Shown: positions 39,227-49,108 of the stretch, in pieces
How the letters are laid out: each line of letters begins with the position of its first letter
How positions within the stretch are numbered: position 1 is the stretch's first letter
Assembly (NCBI GenBank): GCA_905479655.1
Contig: CAJQNK010000066.1
Span: 1-63,487, forward strand
Direction: 5' to 3'
Origin: an uncultured bacterium
GTDB lineage: Bacteria > Acidobacteriota > Thermoanaerobaculia > Multivoradales > JAHEKO01
Length of the DNA: 63,487 bases
Notes under the pieces: generated by a model
Told to the model about the DNA's origin: nothing
Databases searched by the model: none
What the model saw: only the letters and a program-made list of their open reading frames with translations
Made by a program: the position numbers and the translations under genes

Positions 39227-41056
39227 GTGAGCCCCCCCGACACCACCGGGAAGCAGGATCCTGGAACCGTACCCGTGCGCCGTCCCGCGTCCTTCGGCGG
39301 GGCGAGCTCGAGGGGCTCGGGGCCCTCGATCTTCGGTTGGGTCGCGCAGACCGCCCGCCGCTCCGTGCCGCGGCGCTACCAGATCCGCGAGACGCCGGAA
39401 GGACGCTGGCTCCGTTGCCAGGAGGCGCCCGGCCTCCGGGTCGACCTCGAGGCGGGGCACGCCTTCGGCGAGGCGGAGGCGGGGAAGCTGGGGGAGCGCG
39501 TGGTGCTGCTCGACGGCGCCGGGACGTTCGCCCCGACGCTGGACAACGAGCACCGGCTCTACAACCTGGATCACCACACGGGATGCCTGCGCGCCTTCAC
39601 GCTGGCGACGTGCGAGCAGGCGCTGATCATGGTCCTGAAGGGCCTCGATCTCGACAAGGGGCGCTGGACCCTCTACGCCAACGAGCCGGATCTCGACACG
39701 GTCTTCGCCCTCTGGGTCCTCCTGAACCACCGCCGGCTCCGCGGCCTGCCTCCGGAGCGTCGGGACATCATCGCGCCGATGCTGCGGCTCGAGGGCGCCA
39801 TCGATGCCAACGGATTCCAGATGGCCGACTGGTGCGGTCTGCCCAGCCAGGCCCTGGCCGACGCGCGCGCCGCGCTCGACAGCCTGCAGGCCCGGGAGCT
39901 GAAGCTCAAGGGCGAGGGGGAGTGGGCCACCGCGGATCTGCTCGTCTACACCGCCGACACCCTGCACGAGATCGATCGGCTCGTCTACAGCCCCGACGAC
40001 TTCGAGGACTGGAGCGGGGTGGAGGAGGAGTATGACCACGTCGAGCTCGGGGGCGACCGGGTCGGCGTCGTGGTGCGGGACTCCTCCGGCATCTACGAGG
40101 TGGAGGAGCGGTTGCGCAAGCAGTGGGGCGATCAGCTCGGACTCATCGTGCTGGAGAAGGGGGCCGGCGAGTTCACCTTGCGCCGCACGACCTCGTTCTC
40201 GTCGATCGACCTCGAGCCGATCTACCGGCGTCTCAACCTCGTGGATCCCGCCGTCGACGGCCGGCCGCCCGACAAACGTTGGGGAGGCTCCGACGACATC
40301 GGCGGCTCGCCGCGGCCGGGCGGCTCGGGTCTCGGCCCGCGCGAGATCGCGGACGCCGTGCGCTCCGTCTACAGCCCGCGGCCGTGGTGGCGGTGGCCGC
40401 TGCAGCTCGTGGCGGCCGCCGCGACCACGACCCTGCTGGTCGTACTGACGCTGGCCGGCGTCGCCCTGACCGACCTGGAGGCCGGCTCCCTGAGCGGCGC
40501 CGTGGTCGGTTTCGTCGCGGCGATCGGGGCCTGGGCGGGGTGTCTCCTGGTGCGCCCTCGCGCGCCCTGGCTGTGCGGCTTCCGCTGGCCCGCGGGGCGG
40601 GACTGGTGGCTGCTCGTGCCGGTGGTGCTGGCGGCGGCGGTCGGCGGGGGAGTCTGGCGCCCGGTCGCGGGCGCGGGGGGAGACTGGGCGGCGGCGGCGC
40701 TGGCGGCCGGCCTCGTGGCCGTCGGGGGCGAGCTCTGGTTCCGGGGCCTCGTCCACTCCATGCTGCTGCTCGACGCGCCCACGCAATCCGTCGGCGGCCG
40801 CTGGTTCGTCTCCGGGCCGGCCCTCGTCTCGGCGGGGCTGTACGCGGGGGTCCTGCTGTTCGCCCTGCCGCTCTCGGGCGGCCCGCCCTGGTCTCTCCAG
40901 GGGCCGCTGGACGCGATGGTGGTCGCCGGCTGCGGCTTCGTCACCGGACTGGGGCTGGCCATGATCCGGGAGCGCTCGCTCTCCGTCCTGCCGTGCGCGG
41001 TGATCGCCGCGCTGGCGGCCCTGGCCCAGTTGGCGGCGGCGATCTCCGGGAGCTGA
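39227..41056 (+). CDS. Hypothetical fusion: soluble DHH-like domain plus degenerate CPBP (Abi/CAAX) membrane domain
   Basis: LDHH, NEPDLD and WGG...GGSPR..GS motifs; C-terminal TM bundle with GELWFRG and R.RS.S..P. Confidence 0.65.
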   Translation: MSPPDTTGKQDPGTVPVRRPASFGGASSRGSGPSIFGWVAQTARRSVPRRYQIRETPEGRWLRCQEAPGLRVDLEAGHAFGEAEAGKLGERVVLLDGAGTFAPTLDNEHRLYNLDHHTGCLRAFTLATCEQALIMVLKGLDLDKGRWTLYANEPDLDTVFALWVLLNHRRLRGLPPERRDIIAPMLRLEGAIDANGFQMADWCGLPSQALADARAALDSLQARELKLKGEGEWATADLLVYTADTLHEIDRLVYSPDDFEDWSGVEEEYDHVELGGDRVGVVVRDSSGIYEVEERLRKQWGDQLGLIVLEKGAGEFTLRRTTSFSSIDLEPIYRRLNLVDPAVDGRPPDKRWGGSDDIGGSPRPGGSGLGPREIADAVRSVYSPRPWWRWPLQLVAAAATTTLLVVLTLAGVALTDLEAGSLSGAVVGFVAAIGAWAGCLLVRPRAPWLCGFRWPAGRDWWLLVPVVLAAAVGGGVWRPVAGAGGDWAAAALAAGLVAVGGELWFRGLVHSMLLLDAPTQSVGGRWFVSGPALVSAGLYAGVLLFALPLSGGPPWSLQGPLDAMVVAGCGFVTGLGLAMIRERSLSVLPCAVIAALAALAQLAAAISGS

Positions 41057-41134
41057 GGGCTGCGTCCGGAGCGCTGGGCCGGGGCGCTGGACCGGGCGGT
41101 GGGCCGGGTCGCGGTGCTAAGCTCAGAGGTGATC

Positions 41135-41632
41135 ATGACGCCTCAAGGGTGGCTCCTCGTCGGCCTTCTGCTTCTGGGAGCGGAGCTTCTCGTCCCCGGG
41201 GGGCTGGTCCTCCTGTTCTTCGGTCTGGCCGCTCTCACCGTGGGCCTGGTGGACCTCTTCGGCATGGGGATGGGAGCGTGGGCCGAGGTGCTCCTCTTCG
41301 CCGCCCTCTCGGTGGTCTCGCTGGTGCTGTTGCGCGGGCCGCTGCAGCGGCGCATCGAGAGGCGGAGGACGTGGCCGGAGGGCAGCGAAATCGACACGCT
41401 GGTGGGCGAGACGGCGCTCCTCGGCGAACGGCTGGCTCCCGGCGAGGTGGGCAGCGCGGAGCTGCGCGGCACGGTGTGGAGCGTCCGTAGCGCCTCGGCG
41501 GGGTCGCTCGCCGCCGGGCAGCGCTGCCGCGTGACCGGAGTGAAGGGCCTGACCCTCACGATCGTCGGCGAGTCGGAGGGCGAGAACCCGTCGGCGGCGG
41601 GAAACGAAGGATCGAAGGGAGACGGAGCATGA
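41135..41632 (+). CDS. NfeD family protein (short form)
   Basis: W..G..L..AE..PG, hydrophobic N-terminus and an OB-fold G...LRGTVW; ATGA overlap with the SPFH gene. Confidence 0.85.
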   Translation: MTPQGWLLVGLLLLGAELLVPGGLVLLFFGLAALTVGLVDLFGMGMGAWAEVLLFAALSVVSLVLLRGPLQRRIERRRTWPEGSEIDTLVGETALLGERLAPGEVGSAELRGTVWSVRSASAGSLAAGQRCRVTGVKGLTLTIVGESEGENPSAAGNEGSKGDGA

Positions 41633-42555
41633 ACCCGAGCCTGGTCCTGGCCGTCGCGGCGGCCATCGTGGTGATCGTCGTGATCGTGAAGACGGCGGTG
41701 GTCGTGCCGCAGCAGAACGCCTACGTGGTGGAGCGTCTCGGTCGCTACCAGAGGACGCTCGGCGCCGGCCTCCACATCCTGCTCCCGTTCGTGGACGTGG
41801 TGCGCTACCGGCACTCGCTCAAGGAGATGGCGGTGGACATCCCGGAGCAGATCTGCATCACGCGCGACAACGTCCAGGTGGGTGTCGACGGCGTGATCTA
41901 CATGAAGATCCTCGACCCGGAGCGCGCCTCCTACGGCGTCCTCGACTACGGCTTCGCCATCTCCCAGCTCGCCCAGACCACCCTGCGTAGCGAGATCGGC
42001 AAGATCGACCTCGACCGCACGTTCGAGGAGCGGACGACGATCAACTCGCTGGTGGTCCAGGAGCTGGACAAGGCCTCGGACCCGTGGGGCGTGAAGGTCC
42101 TGCGCTACGAGATCAAGAACATCAACCCGCCGCAGGACGTCCTCGCCGCGATGGAGAAGCAGATGCGCGCCGAGCGCGAGAAGCGGGCGGTGATCCTGAC
42201 CTCCGAGGGGCAGCGGGAGGCCGCGATCAACACCGCCGAGGGTGCCAAGCAGCGCGTGATCAAGGAGTCCGAGGCCCGCAAGCAGCAGCAGATCAACGAG
42301 GCCGAGGGCGAGGCCTCCGCGATCCTCGCCGTGGCCCAGGCCAACGCCGAGGGGCTGCGGGTCGTTTCGCAGGCGCTGAGCCAGCCCGGCGGTCAGGAGG
42401 CGATGAAGCTCAAGGTCGCCGAGCAGTACGTCGACGAGCTGGGCAAGATCGCCAAGGAGGGCAACACGATCGTCGTGCCCGCGAACCTCACCGATCTGGC
42501 CTCGATGCTGGCCCTGGCAACGGGGGTGCTGGGGAAGGAGGGGGCGGGGCCGTAG
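41629..42555 (+). CDS. SPFH/stomatin-like protein (QmcA/paraslipin)
   Basis: VVERLGRY, ITRDNV, AQTTLRSEIG, WGVKVLRYEIKNI.PP and MEKQMRAEREKRA motifs. Confidence 0.93.
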   Translation: MNPSLVLAVAAAIVVIVVIVKTAVVVPQQNAYVVERLGRYQRTLGAGLHILLPFVDVVRYRHSLKEMAVDIPEQICITRDNVQVGVDGVIYMKILDPERASYGVLDYGFAISQLAQTTLRSEIGKIDLDRTFEERTTINSLVVQELDKASDPWGVKVLRYEIKNINPPQDVLAAMEKQMRAEREKRAVILTSEGQREAAINTAEGAKQRVIKESEARKQQQINEAEGEASAILAVAQANAEGLRVVSQALSQPGGQEAMKLKVAEQYVDELGKIAKEGNTIVVPANLTDLASMLALATGVLGKEGAGP

Positions 42556-42566
42556 AGCGCGCTTGG

Positions 42567-44186
42567 CTAGCGGGGGTCGGGGCTCCGAGGCCCAACGAAG
42601 AGTGTTTCCTCGTCTCCCGCGACACCCATCTCCGTGCCGCCGGTACCGGCGAACACCCGGTAGCGTCCGCTGGGAATTCCGCTCGGCAACGTCAACGAGA
42701 GCTCTTGGTGGGTCCGCGCCTCCGGGTGGAAGGAGAGCGCTGAGGTCGTCTCCTCCGTTACGATCCGACCGCCCTCGTCCTCGATCCACACGCGCAGCGA
42801 GGCTCTGACCTTTTCCGGCCGGCGATGGACCACGGTTAGGCGGACCTTCACCTCTCCGCCGGGGGCGGCGAACGGCTCTCGGAGGCGCAAGGAGACGGTG
42901 GATCTCTCACGCGAGAAGACGTAGACCGCGCCGCGATGCTTCCCTTCCGAGGGGGCTCCAACGAGAAGAGTGTCCCCATCCAGGTCGACCGATTGTCCGA
43001 AGAGGTCTCCATGGTCACCGTCCGATGACGTGATCTCCTGGACGTGGCCCCACGCGTCTGGGCCTCCGACGTTCCGCTTGAAGACGTAGACCGAGCCCGT
43101 GTGGGGCTCGGGGCCGTGAGTCTGGGGAGAGCCGACGGCGATCGTGTCGCCGCTCAGGGTCACGCCTTTGCCGAAGTTGTCGTTCTCCCTCCCGTCGTAG
43201 GGGGTGAGGACGACCGCGGGATCCCACGCGCCCAGCCCGTGCCGCCGGAAGACGTGCACCGAACCCGGGTCGTAGATGCCGCCTTCCTTGACCAGGAGCC
43301 AGTCTCCGCCGAGCGCGAGAGAGGTGGCCATGACGTGTGAGGGGTTGGCGGTGAGCTTGGCGACCTGTTCCCAGGCCTCTGCGGCACCGGCCGTCCGCTC
43401 GAAGACGTAGGCAGCTCCGTCGTTTCCGCCGTCCAGCCACGCGCCCACGGCCGCCGTGCTTCCCTGCAGGGAGACGGCGATCCCGAACTCGGTATAGAGC
43501 GAGTCTTCGTCCGCCAGCAGCTTGGCGACCTGGGACCACGGTTCGGCGGCCGAAGGGCTCCGTTCGAAGGCGTAGACCGCGCCTGCCCTGGTGTTACCCG
43601 GGAGATCGTGGAAGTGGGCACCGACGAGGGCGAGGTCACCGCTGACGGCGACGGAGGTGCCGAACCTGTCACCCTGGCCCGCATCGGCGGCCAGGAGCCT
43701 GGCGGCCTGACGCCAATGGCCGGGCCGAGAGGGATCCCGCTCGAAGACGTAGGCTGCCCCCGACTCGTGTGCGTTTCCAGTCTCCTCGGGGGCACCGACG
43801 ACCAGGGTCCGGCCGTCGAAGGCGACCGACGTGCCGAAGTCGTCGCTGTCGCGGTTGTCGGGGGCCAGCTTGGCGACGAGCTCCCAGCGATTTGCTCCCT
43901 CGGAAGCTGGGTGCTGTCGCTGGAAGACGTAGACCGCGCCCGTGAATTCCCGACCCCAGCCCGGCGCGTTCGGCGCTCCGATCACCGCGAGGTCGTTGCG
44001 GAGAACGACTGAGGTGCCGAACCAGTTGAACTGCGAGCGGGCATCGGGAGGAACCAGCTTCGCCACCTCGACGAAGCCGAACGCTTCGGGGGAGTCCTCA
44101 GGACCAGCCTGGTTGGGGAGACCGGATGCCGAGCCGAGGACCAGCCAGCCCGTAGCCACGCACAGGACGATTTTCCGATCGATCAC
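42567..44186 (-). CDS. FG-GAP repeat beta-propeller protein, secreted
   Basis: About seven FG.SV...G....VGA...GA.YVF repeats; signal-like start at GTG 44186. Confidence 0.85.
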   Translation of the reverse strand: MIDRKIVLCVATGWLVLGSASGLPNQAGPEDSPEAFGFVEVAKLVPPDARSQFNWFGTSVVLRNDLAVIGAPNAPGWGREFTGAVYVFQRQHPASEGANRWELVAKLAPDNRDSDDFGTSVAFDGRTLVVGAPEETGNAHESGAAYVFERDPSRPGHWRQAARLLAADAGQGDRFGTSVAVSGDLALVGAHFHDLPGNTRAGAVYAFERSPSAAEPWSQVAKLLADEDSLYTEFGIAVSLQGSTAAVGAWLDGGNDGAAYVFERTAGAAEAWEQVAKLTANPSHVMATSLALGGDWLLVKEGGIYDPGSVHVFRRHGLGAWDPAVVLTPYDGRENDNFGKGVTLSGDTIAVGSPQTHGPEPHTGSVYVFKRNVGGPDAWGHVQEITSSDGDHGDLFGQSVDLDGDTLLVGAPSEGKHRGAVYVFSRERSTVSLRLREPFAAPGGEVKVRLTVVHRRPEKVRASLRVWIEDEGGRIVTEETTSALSFHPEARTHQELSLTLPSGIPSGRYRVFAGTGGTEMGVAGDEETLFVGPRSPDPR

Positions 44187-44242
44187 TCCGAAACAAGTGT
44201 GAGCCCGATCGACGCGCCTGTCAAGCGCCGGTGCAGCAGTCC

Positions 44243-45277
44243 TCAGCCCACCAACCGGTGGTTCGGCGCCAGCCCCGTGACCTCCAGGCCCGAGGCCTCC
44301 CGCAGCGCCGACTCCGCGTAGCGCTCGGCCATGACGCCGCGCCACTGCGCCAGGAAGTCGGTGTTGTCCATCGGCGTCGCGACCCGGCGCACGAGCTTCG
44401 CCGCCTCGCGAATGGCCTCCTCGTCGCCCACGGGACGGCCAACGAGCGCCTCGGCGGCCTTCTCGGCGCCCACGGGCCACGAGGCGACGGCGCCCAGGTG
44501 GATGCGGGCGCGGGTGACGACGCCGTGCTCCTGCCACAGGGCCACCGCCACCGACAGGACGGCGAAGTCGATGGAGCCCCGGCGGCGCAGCTTCCAGAAG
44601 GCGCTGCGGCAGTGGCCGGCGTCGGCCTCGGCGGGGACCACGACCCGCGACAGCACCTCCTCGGGGCGCTTCCCGAGGTAGTCGATGCCGTCGTCGCGGT
44701 AGAGGTCGGCGAGCGGGATCTCCCGTTCGCCCTCCGCGCCCGCCAGGCGGACGCGAGCGCCGAGAGCGGCCAGCATCGGGGCGGAGTCGGAGGCGGTGTG
44801 GGCCCAGCAGCGCGACGATCCGGGGGCGACCCAGCAGACCGTCCCCTCCTCCTTCAGGCAGTAGTCGATGGAGCGCCGCCACTCCTCGGTCTGGTTGTAG
44901 TAGGTGCAGCGGGTGTCCACGCACAGGTTGCCGCCGATCGTCCCCATGTTGCGCAGCGGGGGCGACGAGATGGAGGCGACGGCGCGGGCGAGGGCCGGGA
45001 AGCGGGTCTGCACCCGCTCGTCGCGCTCGACGCGGTCGAGGGTGACGGTGCCGCCGATCTCGAGGTTGCCGCCGGTGTCGCCCCGGAGCTCGGCGAGGCC
45101 GGGCACCGCCATCAGGCTGACGACGGTGTCGGCCTTCTGGTGCCGACGCTTCATGTTGGGCCACAGGTCGGTGCCGCCGGCGACGAAGCGCGCCGCGGGG
45201 CCCTCGCCGGCGACGATGCGGGCGGCCTCCTCGAGGCTCGAGGGGGTGCGGAGACGGAACGGCGGCAGGCGGAGCAT
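44243..45277 (-). CDS. Molybdoenzyme FAD subunit with 4Fe-4S insertion, HcrB-like
   Basis: AGGTDL and RNMGTIGGNLC motifs; Cys-rich insertion TRC.YYNQ...C.K..G..C......C; KLRRRGSIDF. Confidence 0.85.
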   Translation of the reverse strand: MLRLPPFRLRTPSSLEEAARIVAGEGPAARFVAGGTDLWPNMKRRHQKADTVVSLMAVPGLAELRGDTGGNLEIGGTVTLDRVERDERVQTRFPALARAVASISSPPLRNMGTIGGNLCVDTRCTYYNQTEEWRRSIDYCLKEEGTVCWVAPGSSRCWAHTASDSAPMLAALGARVRLAGAEGEREIPLADLYRDDGIDYLGKRPEEVLSRVVVPAEADAGHCRSAFWKLRRRGSIDFAVLSVAVALWQEHGVVTRARIHLGAVASWPVGAEKAAEALVGRPVGDEEAIREAAKLVRRVATPMDNTDFLAQWRGVMAERYAESALREASGLEVTGLAPNHRLVG

Positions 45278-45289
45278 CGTCGGTGGGCC

Positions 45290-47854
45290 CTACCCGGTGG
45301 TGAGGCCCGCCGCGTGTTGAGCGCGCAGCGCCTCTTCCCTGGTGGTCATGGTGCCGTCGGCGGAGCGGATGCCGTGGGTCCGGCGGTGGCGCGGGTCGTC
45401 GATCGCGCGGCCGTCGCCGCCCTCCGCCGGGGTCGGAACGTGGAGCGGTGGGCCGAAGTCGACCTCGGGGAAGGCGCGGGGGCCGTACCGCCGGTCCTTC
45501 GCGGACAGGGCCTTCAGCACCATGTGGGGGTGGATGGGCACCTGGTCGACCCGGGCGCCCACCGCGTCGAAGATCGCGTTCGAGAGGGCGGGCATGATCG
45601 GGAGCAGCGGACCCTGGCCCACCTCCTTGGCACCCATGGGTCCGGCCGGGTCCGGGTCCTCGATCAGGTAGGTGGTGACCGGAGGCATGTCGTGGAAGGT
45701 GGGGCTCTTGTACTCCAGGAGCGACGGCATCTTGTGCACGAGGGCGCTCGACCGGGAGGGCGGGAGCCGGCGGAAGACCTGCTCTTCCATCATGGCCTCC
45801 CCGAGTCCCATGTAGACGGAGCCCTCGACCTGGCCCATGACCAGCACTGGATTGAGTGATCGGCCGATGTCGTGGGCGATCCAGACGTGGGCCGGCCGGT
45901 AGAGACCCGTGAGCGGATCCACCTCGACCTCGAGGACCGCCGCGGAGTAGGAGTAGGTGGGAGACGAGCCCACCCCCGAGCCCCGGTAGCGGGCCGGGTT
46001 GCGGGAGGGCGTGTAGGAGCCGGTGGTTCCGAGGGTGCCGAAGCGCGCCTCGGCCAGGATCACCGCCTCCTGGAAGGTCATGCCGTCGGCCGGGGTCTCG
46101 GCGTCGAAGACCCGCCGGTCGGCGAAGACGAGGCGCGAGACGGGCACCTCCAGCGCATCGCCCGCCGCCTGCGCGACGAGCTCCCGGGCGCGCTCGGCGG
46201 CCTGGATGGCCGCGTTCCCCATCATCAGGGTGACGCGGGAGGAGTAGCTCCCGAGGTCGACCGGGGTGAGGTCCGTGTCCGCGACGCACAGGCGGATGTC
46301 ACCCAGCTCGATGCCGAGGACGTCGGCGACGAGGGCCGCGAGCACGGAGTCGGAGCCCTGCCCGATCTCCGTCTCGCCGCAGAAGACCGCGACCCCGCCG
46401 GAGCGGTCGAGCTGGAGCTGGACCCCCGAGTGGGGCATGTGGTTCCAGTAGATCGGCAGACCCGCGCCGCACAGGTAGGAGCCGCAGGCCAGGCCCAGGC
46501 CCCGACCCTCGGGGAGCTTGCCGTAGCGCTCGCGCCAACCGCTGCCCTCGACCACGGCCTCGATACAGCGTCGCAGGCCGATCGTGCCGAGCTGCAGGTA
46601 GTTGGCCGTGACGGCGTCGGGCTCCTCCAGGTTGCGCAGTCGCAGCTCGGCCGGGTCGATGCCCAGCCGGTGGGCCGCCTTGTCGAGCTGGACCTCCCAG
46701 GCGAAGCGTGGCTGCGGTGTCCCGTGGCCGCGCTTCGGGCCGCACGGAGGCTTGTTGGTGAATGTGCGGACCCCGTCGAAGGCGTAGCGCGGGAGCTTGT
46801 AGGTGACGGTCTGGAGCGCCCCCGTGTAGTAGGTCGAGGCCACGCCGTAGCTGCCGTAGGCGCCGCCGTCGAGGACCGTCTTCAGATGCTGAGCCGTGAT
46901 CCGGCCGTCCTTCGTGAAGCCGGTGCGCTGACTCATGAGGACCGGATGTCGCCCGCGGTGGCAGTAGAAGACCTCTTCCCGGGTGAGGACGACCTTCACG
47001 GGCCGTCCCAGCACCAGCGCCATCTTGGCCGCGACCATCTCGTGGCTGAACGGATCGCTCTTGCCGCCGAAGCCGCCGCCGTTGGACGTCGCCACGACGC
47101 GGATGCGCGAAGCGGGCAGCCCCAGGACGCGGGTGAGCGCCCGGTGGACGTAGTGCGGTGTCTGGGTCGACGAGTAGAGGGTGACCCGGTCGTCGTCCTC
47201 CGGGACGGCCACGCAGGCGTGCTGCTCCATCGCCAGGTGGGTGTTGCCCTCGTAGTAGAAGAGGTCGTCGAGGAAGAGGTCGGCTTCGGCGAGGCCCGCC
47301 TCCAGGTCTCCGAAGCGGTAGGAGACGGCCTTGTGGACGTTGCCCTCGGACCGCTCGAGCTCGTGGATGCGAGGCTCGGGCGTCGCCAGGGCCTCCTCGA
47401 GGGAGGCGATGGTCGCGAGCTGCTCGTACTCCACCCCGACGGCCAGCGCGGCCTCGGTCGCCGCGTCCTCGGTGGTGGCGGCCACCGCCGCGACCGGGTC
47501 GCCCACGAAACGGACCTTGTCGAGCGCCAGCGCGTGCTCGTCCTGCGAGACCGGGAGGATGCCGAAGGGGATCGGCAGGTCGTCGCCCACCAGGTGCCCC
47601 AGGTAGCCCGGCACCTCGCGGGCGGCCGAGAAGTCGATGGCGCCGACGCGGGCGTGGGGCACCGTCGAGCGGACGAGCTTGACGAATACCATGCGGGGGA
47701 AGACGAGGTCGTCGGCGAACCGGGTGTCGCCCGTCACCTTCGCGCGGCCGTCGACCCGGCGAAAGGGGGCACCGATGTAGCGGCCGGCCGAGCTCGGCGA
47801 GGTGTCGGCGGCGTCCGCAGCGGCGTCCGCCGGGGAGCGGTTCTCGTCGTTCAT
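45290..47854 (-). CDS. Xanthine dehydrogenase-family molybdopterin subunit, HcrA-like
   Basis: AKVTG, STQ.PH, GGGFGGK, RGHG, IGQG, YSSR.T, GQVEG and GAKEVGQ motifs. Confidence 0.88.
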   Translation of the reverse strand: MNDENRSPADAAADAADTSPSSAGRYIGAPFRRVDGRAKVTGDTRFADDLVFPRMVFVKLVRSTVPHARVGAIDFSAAREVPGYLGHLVGDDLPIPFGILPVSQDEHALALDKVRFVGDPVAAVAATTEDAATEAALAVGVEYEQLATIASLEEALATPEPRIHELERSEGNVHKAVSYRFGDLEAGLAEADLFLDDLFYYEGNTHLAMEQHACVAVPEDDDRVTLYSSTQTPHYVHRALTRVLGLPASRIRVVATSNGGGFGGKSDPFSHEMVAAKMALVLGRPVKVVLTREEVFYCHRGRHPVLMSQRTGFTKDGRITAQHLKTVLDGGAYGSYGVASTYYTGALQTVTYKLPRYAFDGVRTFTNKPPCGPKRGHGTPQPRFAWEVQLDKAAHRLGIDPAELRLRNLEEPDAVTANYLQLGTIGLRRCIEAVVEGSGWRERYGKLPEGRGLGLACGSYLCGAGLPIYWNHMPHSGVQLQLDRSGGVAVFCGETEIGQGSDSVLAALVADVLGIELGDIRLCVADTDLTPVDLGSYSSRVTLMMGNAAIQAAERARELVAQAAGDALEVPVSRLVFADRRVFDAETPADGMTFQEAVILAEARFGTLGTTGSYTPSRNPARYRGSGVGSSPTYSYSAAVLEVEVDPLTGLYRPAHVWIAHDIGRSLNPVLVMGQVEGSVYMGLGEAMMEEQVFRRLPPSRSSALVHKMPSLLEYKSPTFHDMPPVTTYLIEDPDPAGPMGAKEVGQGPLLPIMPALSNAIFDAVGARVDQVPIHPHMVLKALSAKDRRYGPRAFPEVDFGPPLHVPTPAEGGDGRAIDDPRHRRTHGIRSADGTMTTREEALRAQHAAGLTTG

Positions 47855-47870
47855 CTCGAGACTCTCGCGA

Positions 47871-48455
47871 TCAGGTGTTGGAGGATGCGGTCTCGGAGGG
47901 GCGGCGGCCCGGAGCGTCGCCCCCCGGACGGCCGGGTTCCGGGTGACCGAAGAGGATCTCGGGTGGCGGGCCGGCGTCCTCGCCGCGTCGGACGGCGGCG
48001 GCCCACTCGACGGCCTCCACGATCTTCAGATAGCCGGTGCAACGGCAGAGATTGCCGGAGAGTTGCTCGGCGATCCGCTCCCGGCTGGGTCGCGGCTGCT
48101 CGCGCAGCATGGCCTCCGCGGCCATGAGAATCCCGGGCGTGCAGTAGCCGCACTGAGCCGCGCCGAGGTCGGCGAAGGCCACCTGCAGCGGCCCGAGCCG
48201 GTTGCCGTCGGCCAGGCCCTCGACCGTTTCGATCTCCCGGCCTTCGTGCTGGCAGGCCAGGGTGAGGCAGGAGAGCACCGGGCGTCCGTCGACCAGCACG
48301 GTGCAGGCGCCGCACTCGCCGAGCTCGCAGCCGTGCTTGGTGCCGGTCAGCGCGCACTCCTCGCGCAGGACCTCGAGGAGCGTGTGGTGGCCCGGAAAGG
48401 CGACCGTTCGCTCCTCGCCGTTGACCCGCAGGGTCGCGGTGACCGCCCGGCTCAA
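47871..48455 (-). CDS. 2Fe-2S subunit, HcrC/CoxS-like
   Basis: TGTKHGCELGECGACTV, QCGYCTPG and GNLCRCTGY motifs; TTG start overlapping the TetR stop, with GGAGG 8 nt upstream. Confidence 0.9.
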   Translation of the reverse strand: MSRAVTATLRVNGEERTVAFPGHHTLLEVLREECALTGTKHGCELGECGACTVLVDGRPVLSCLTLACQHEGREIETVEGLADGNRLGPLQVAFADLGAAQCGYCTPGILMAAEAMLREQPRPSRERIAEQLSGNLCRCTGYLKIVEAVEWAAAVRRGEDAGPPPEILFGHPEPGRPGGDAPGRRPSETASSNT

Positions 48456-49108
48456 GAGCTCTGCCTCCGGAGGTTCGCCTCCCGCGCCGAGAGCCCGGAG
48501 AGGATCTGGTCGGCGAAGGCGTTGCCGATCTCGCTCGCGCTCATGTCTCCGTCGCGCCGGAACCACTTCACCGTCCAGTTCAGCGAGCCCAGGATCGCCA
48601 TGGCGGCGAGCCTGGCGTCGTCGACCTGCAAGAGGCCCTGGCGTGCGCCCGCTTCGAGGATCTGGCGGATCGAGGCCTCGTAGGTCTCGCGCTTGGCCAT
48701 GATCTTCTCCCGCCACTCGCCGGTCAGCGCTTCGACCTCGAGGTGGGCGAGCGAGCCCGGAGTCTCCTCGTTCAGCAGCACGACGTGGCCGACGATGAGA
48801 TGACGGAGCTGGCGATCCGGCGGCGCGTCCAGGGCCAGCGCCTCGCGCGCGAGGTTCAGGAGCCCCGAGAGGGAGTCCTCCTGGCAGAAGGCCAGCAGCT
48901 CTTCCTTGTTGCGGAAGTAGTAGTAGAGGTTGCCGACGTGCATGCCCAGCTCGCCTGCGATCTCACGCATTCCCGAGGCATGGAGACCCCGCTGGCGGAA
49001 GACCCGCGAAGCGGCGTCCAGGATCTCGCGTTTGCGCCGGAGGCTTCGACTCTCTTCGGGACGGTCGCCTGAAGGGTCGGGCAGGTCACTCGACTTGATT
49101 TGAACCAT
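48452..49108 (-). CDS. TetR/AcrR family regulator (KstR2-like C-terminus)
   Basis: ILDAA..VF...G....MREIA......GNLYYYF.NKEELL HTH; LNWT..WFR.DG. Confidence 0.92.
   Translation of the reverse strand: MVQIKSSDLPDPSGDRPEESRSLRRKREILDAASRVFRQRGLHASGMREIAGELGMHVGNLYYYFRNKEELLAFCQEDSLSGLLNLAREALALDAPPDRQLRHLIVGHVVLLNEETPGSLAHLEVEALTGEWREKIMAKRETYEASIRQILEAGARQGLLQVDDARLAAMAILGSLNWTVKWFRRDGDMSASEIGNAFADQILSGLSAREANLRRQSS

Noticed and set aside
42567-46289. 1240-aa ORF joining the molybdoenzyme region to FG-GAP repeats
   Set aside because: The upstream part is an off-frame read of the hcrA/hcrB-like genes; the signal peptide begins at 44186.
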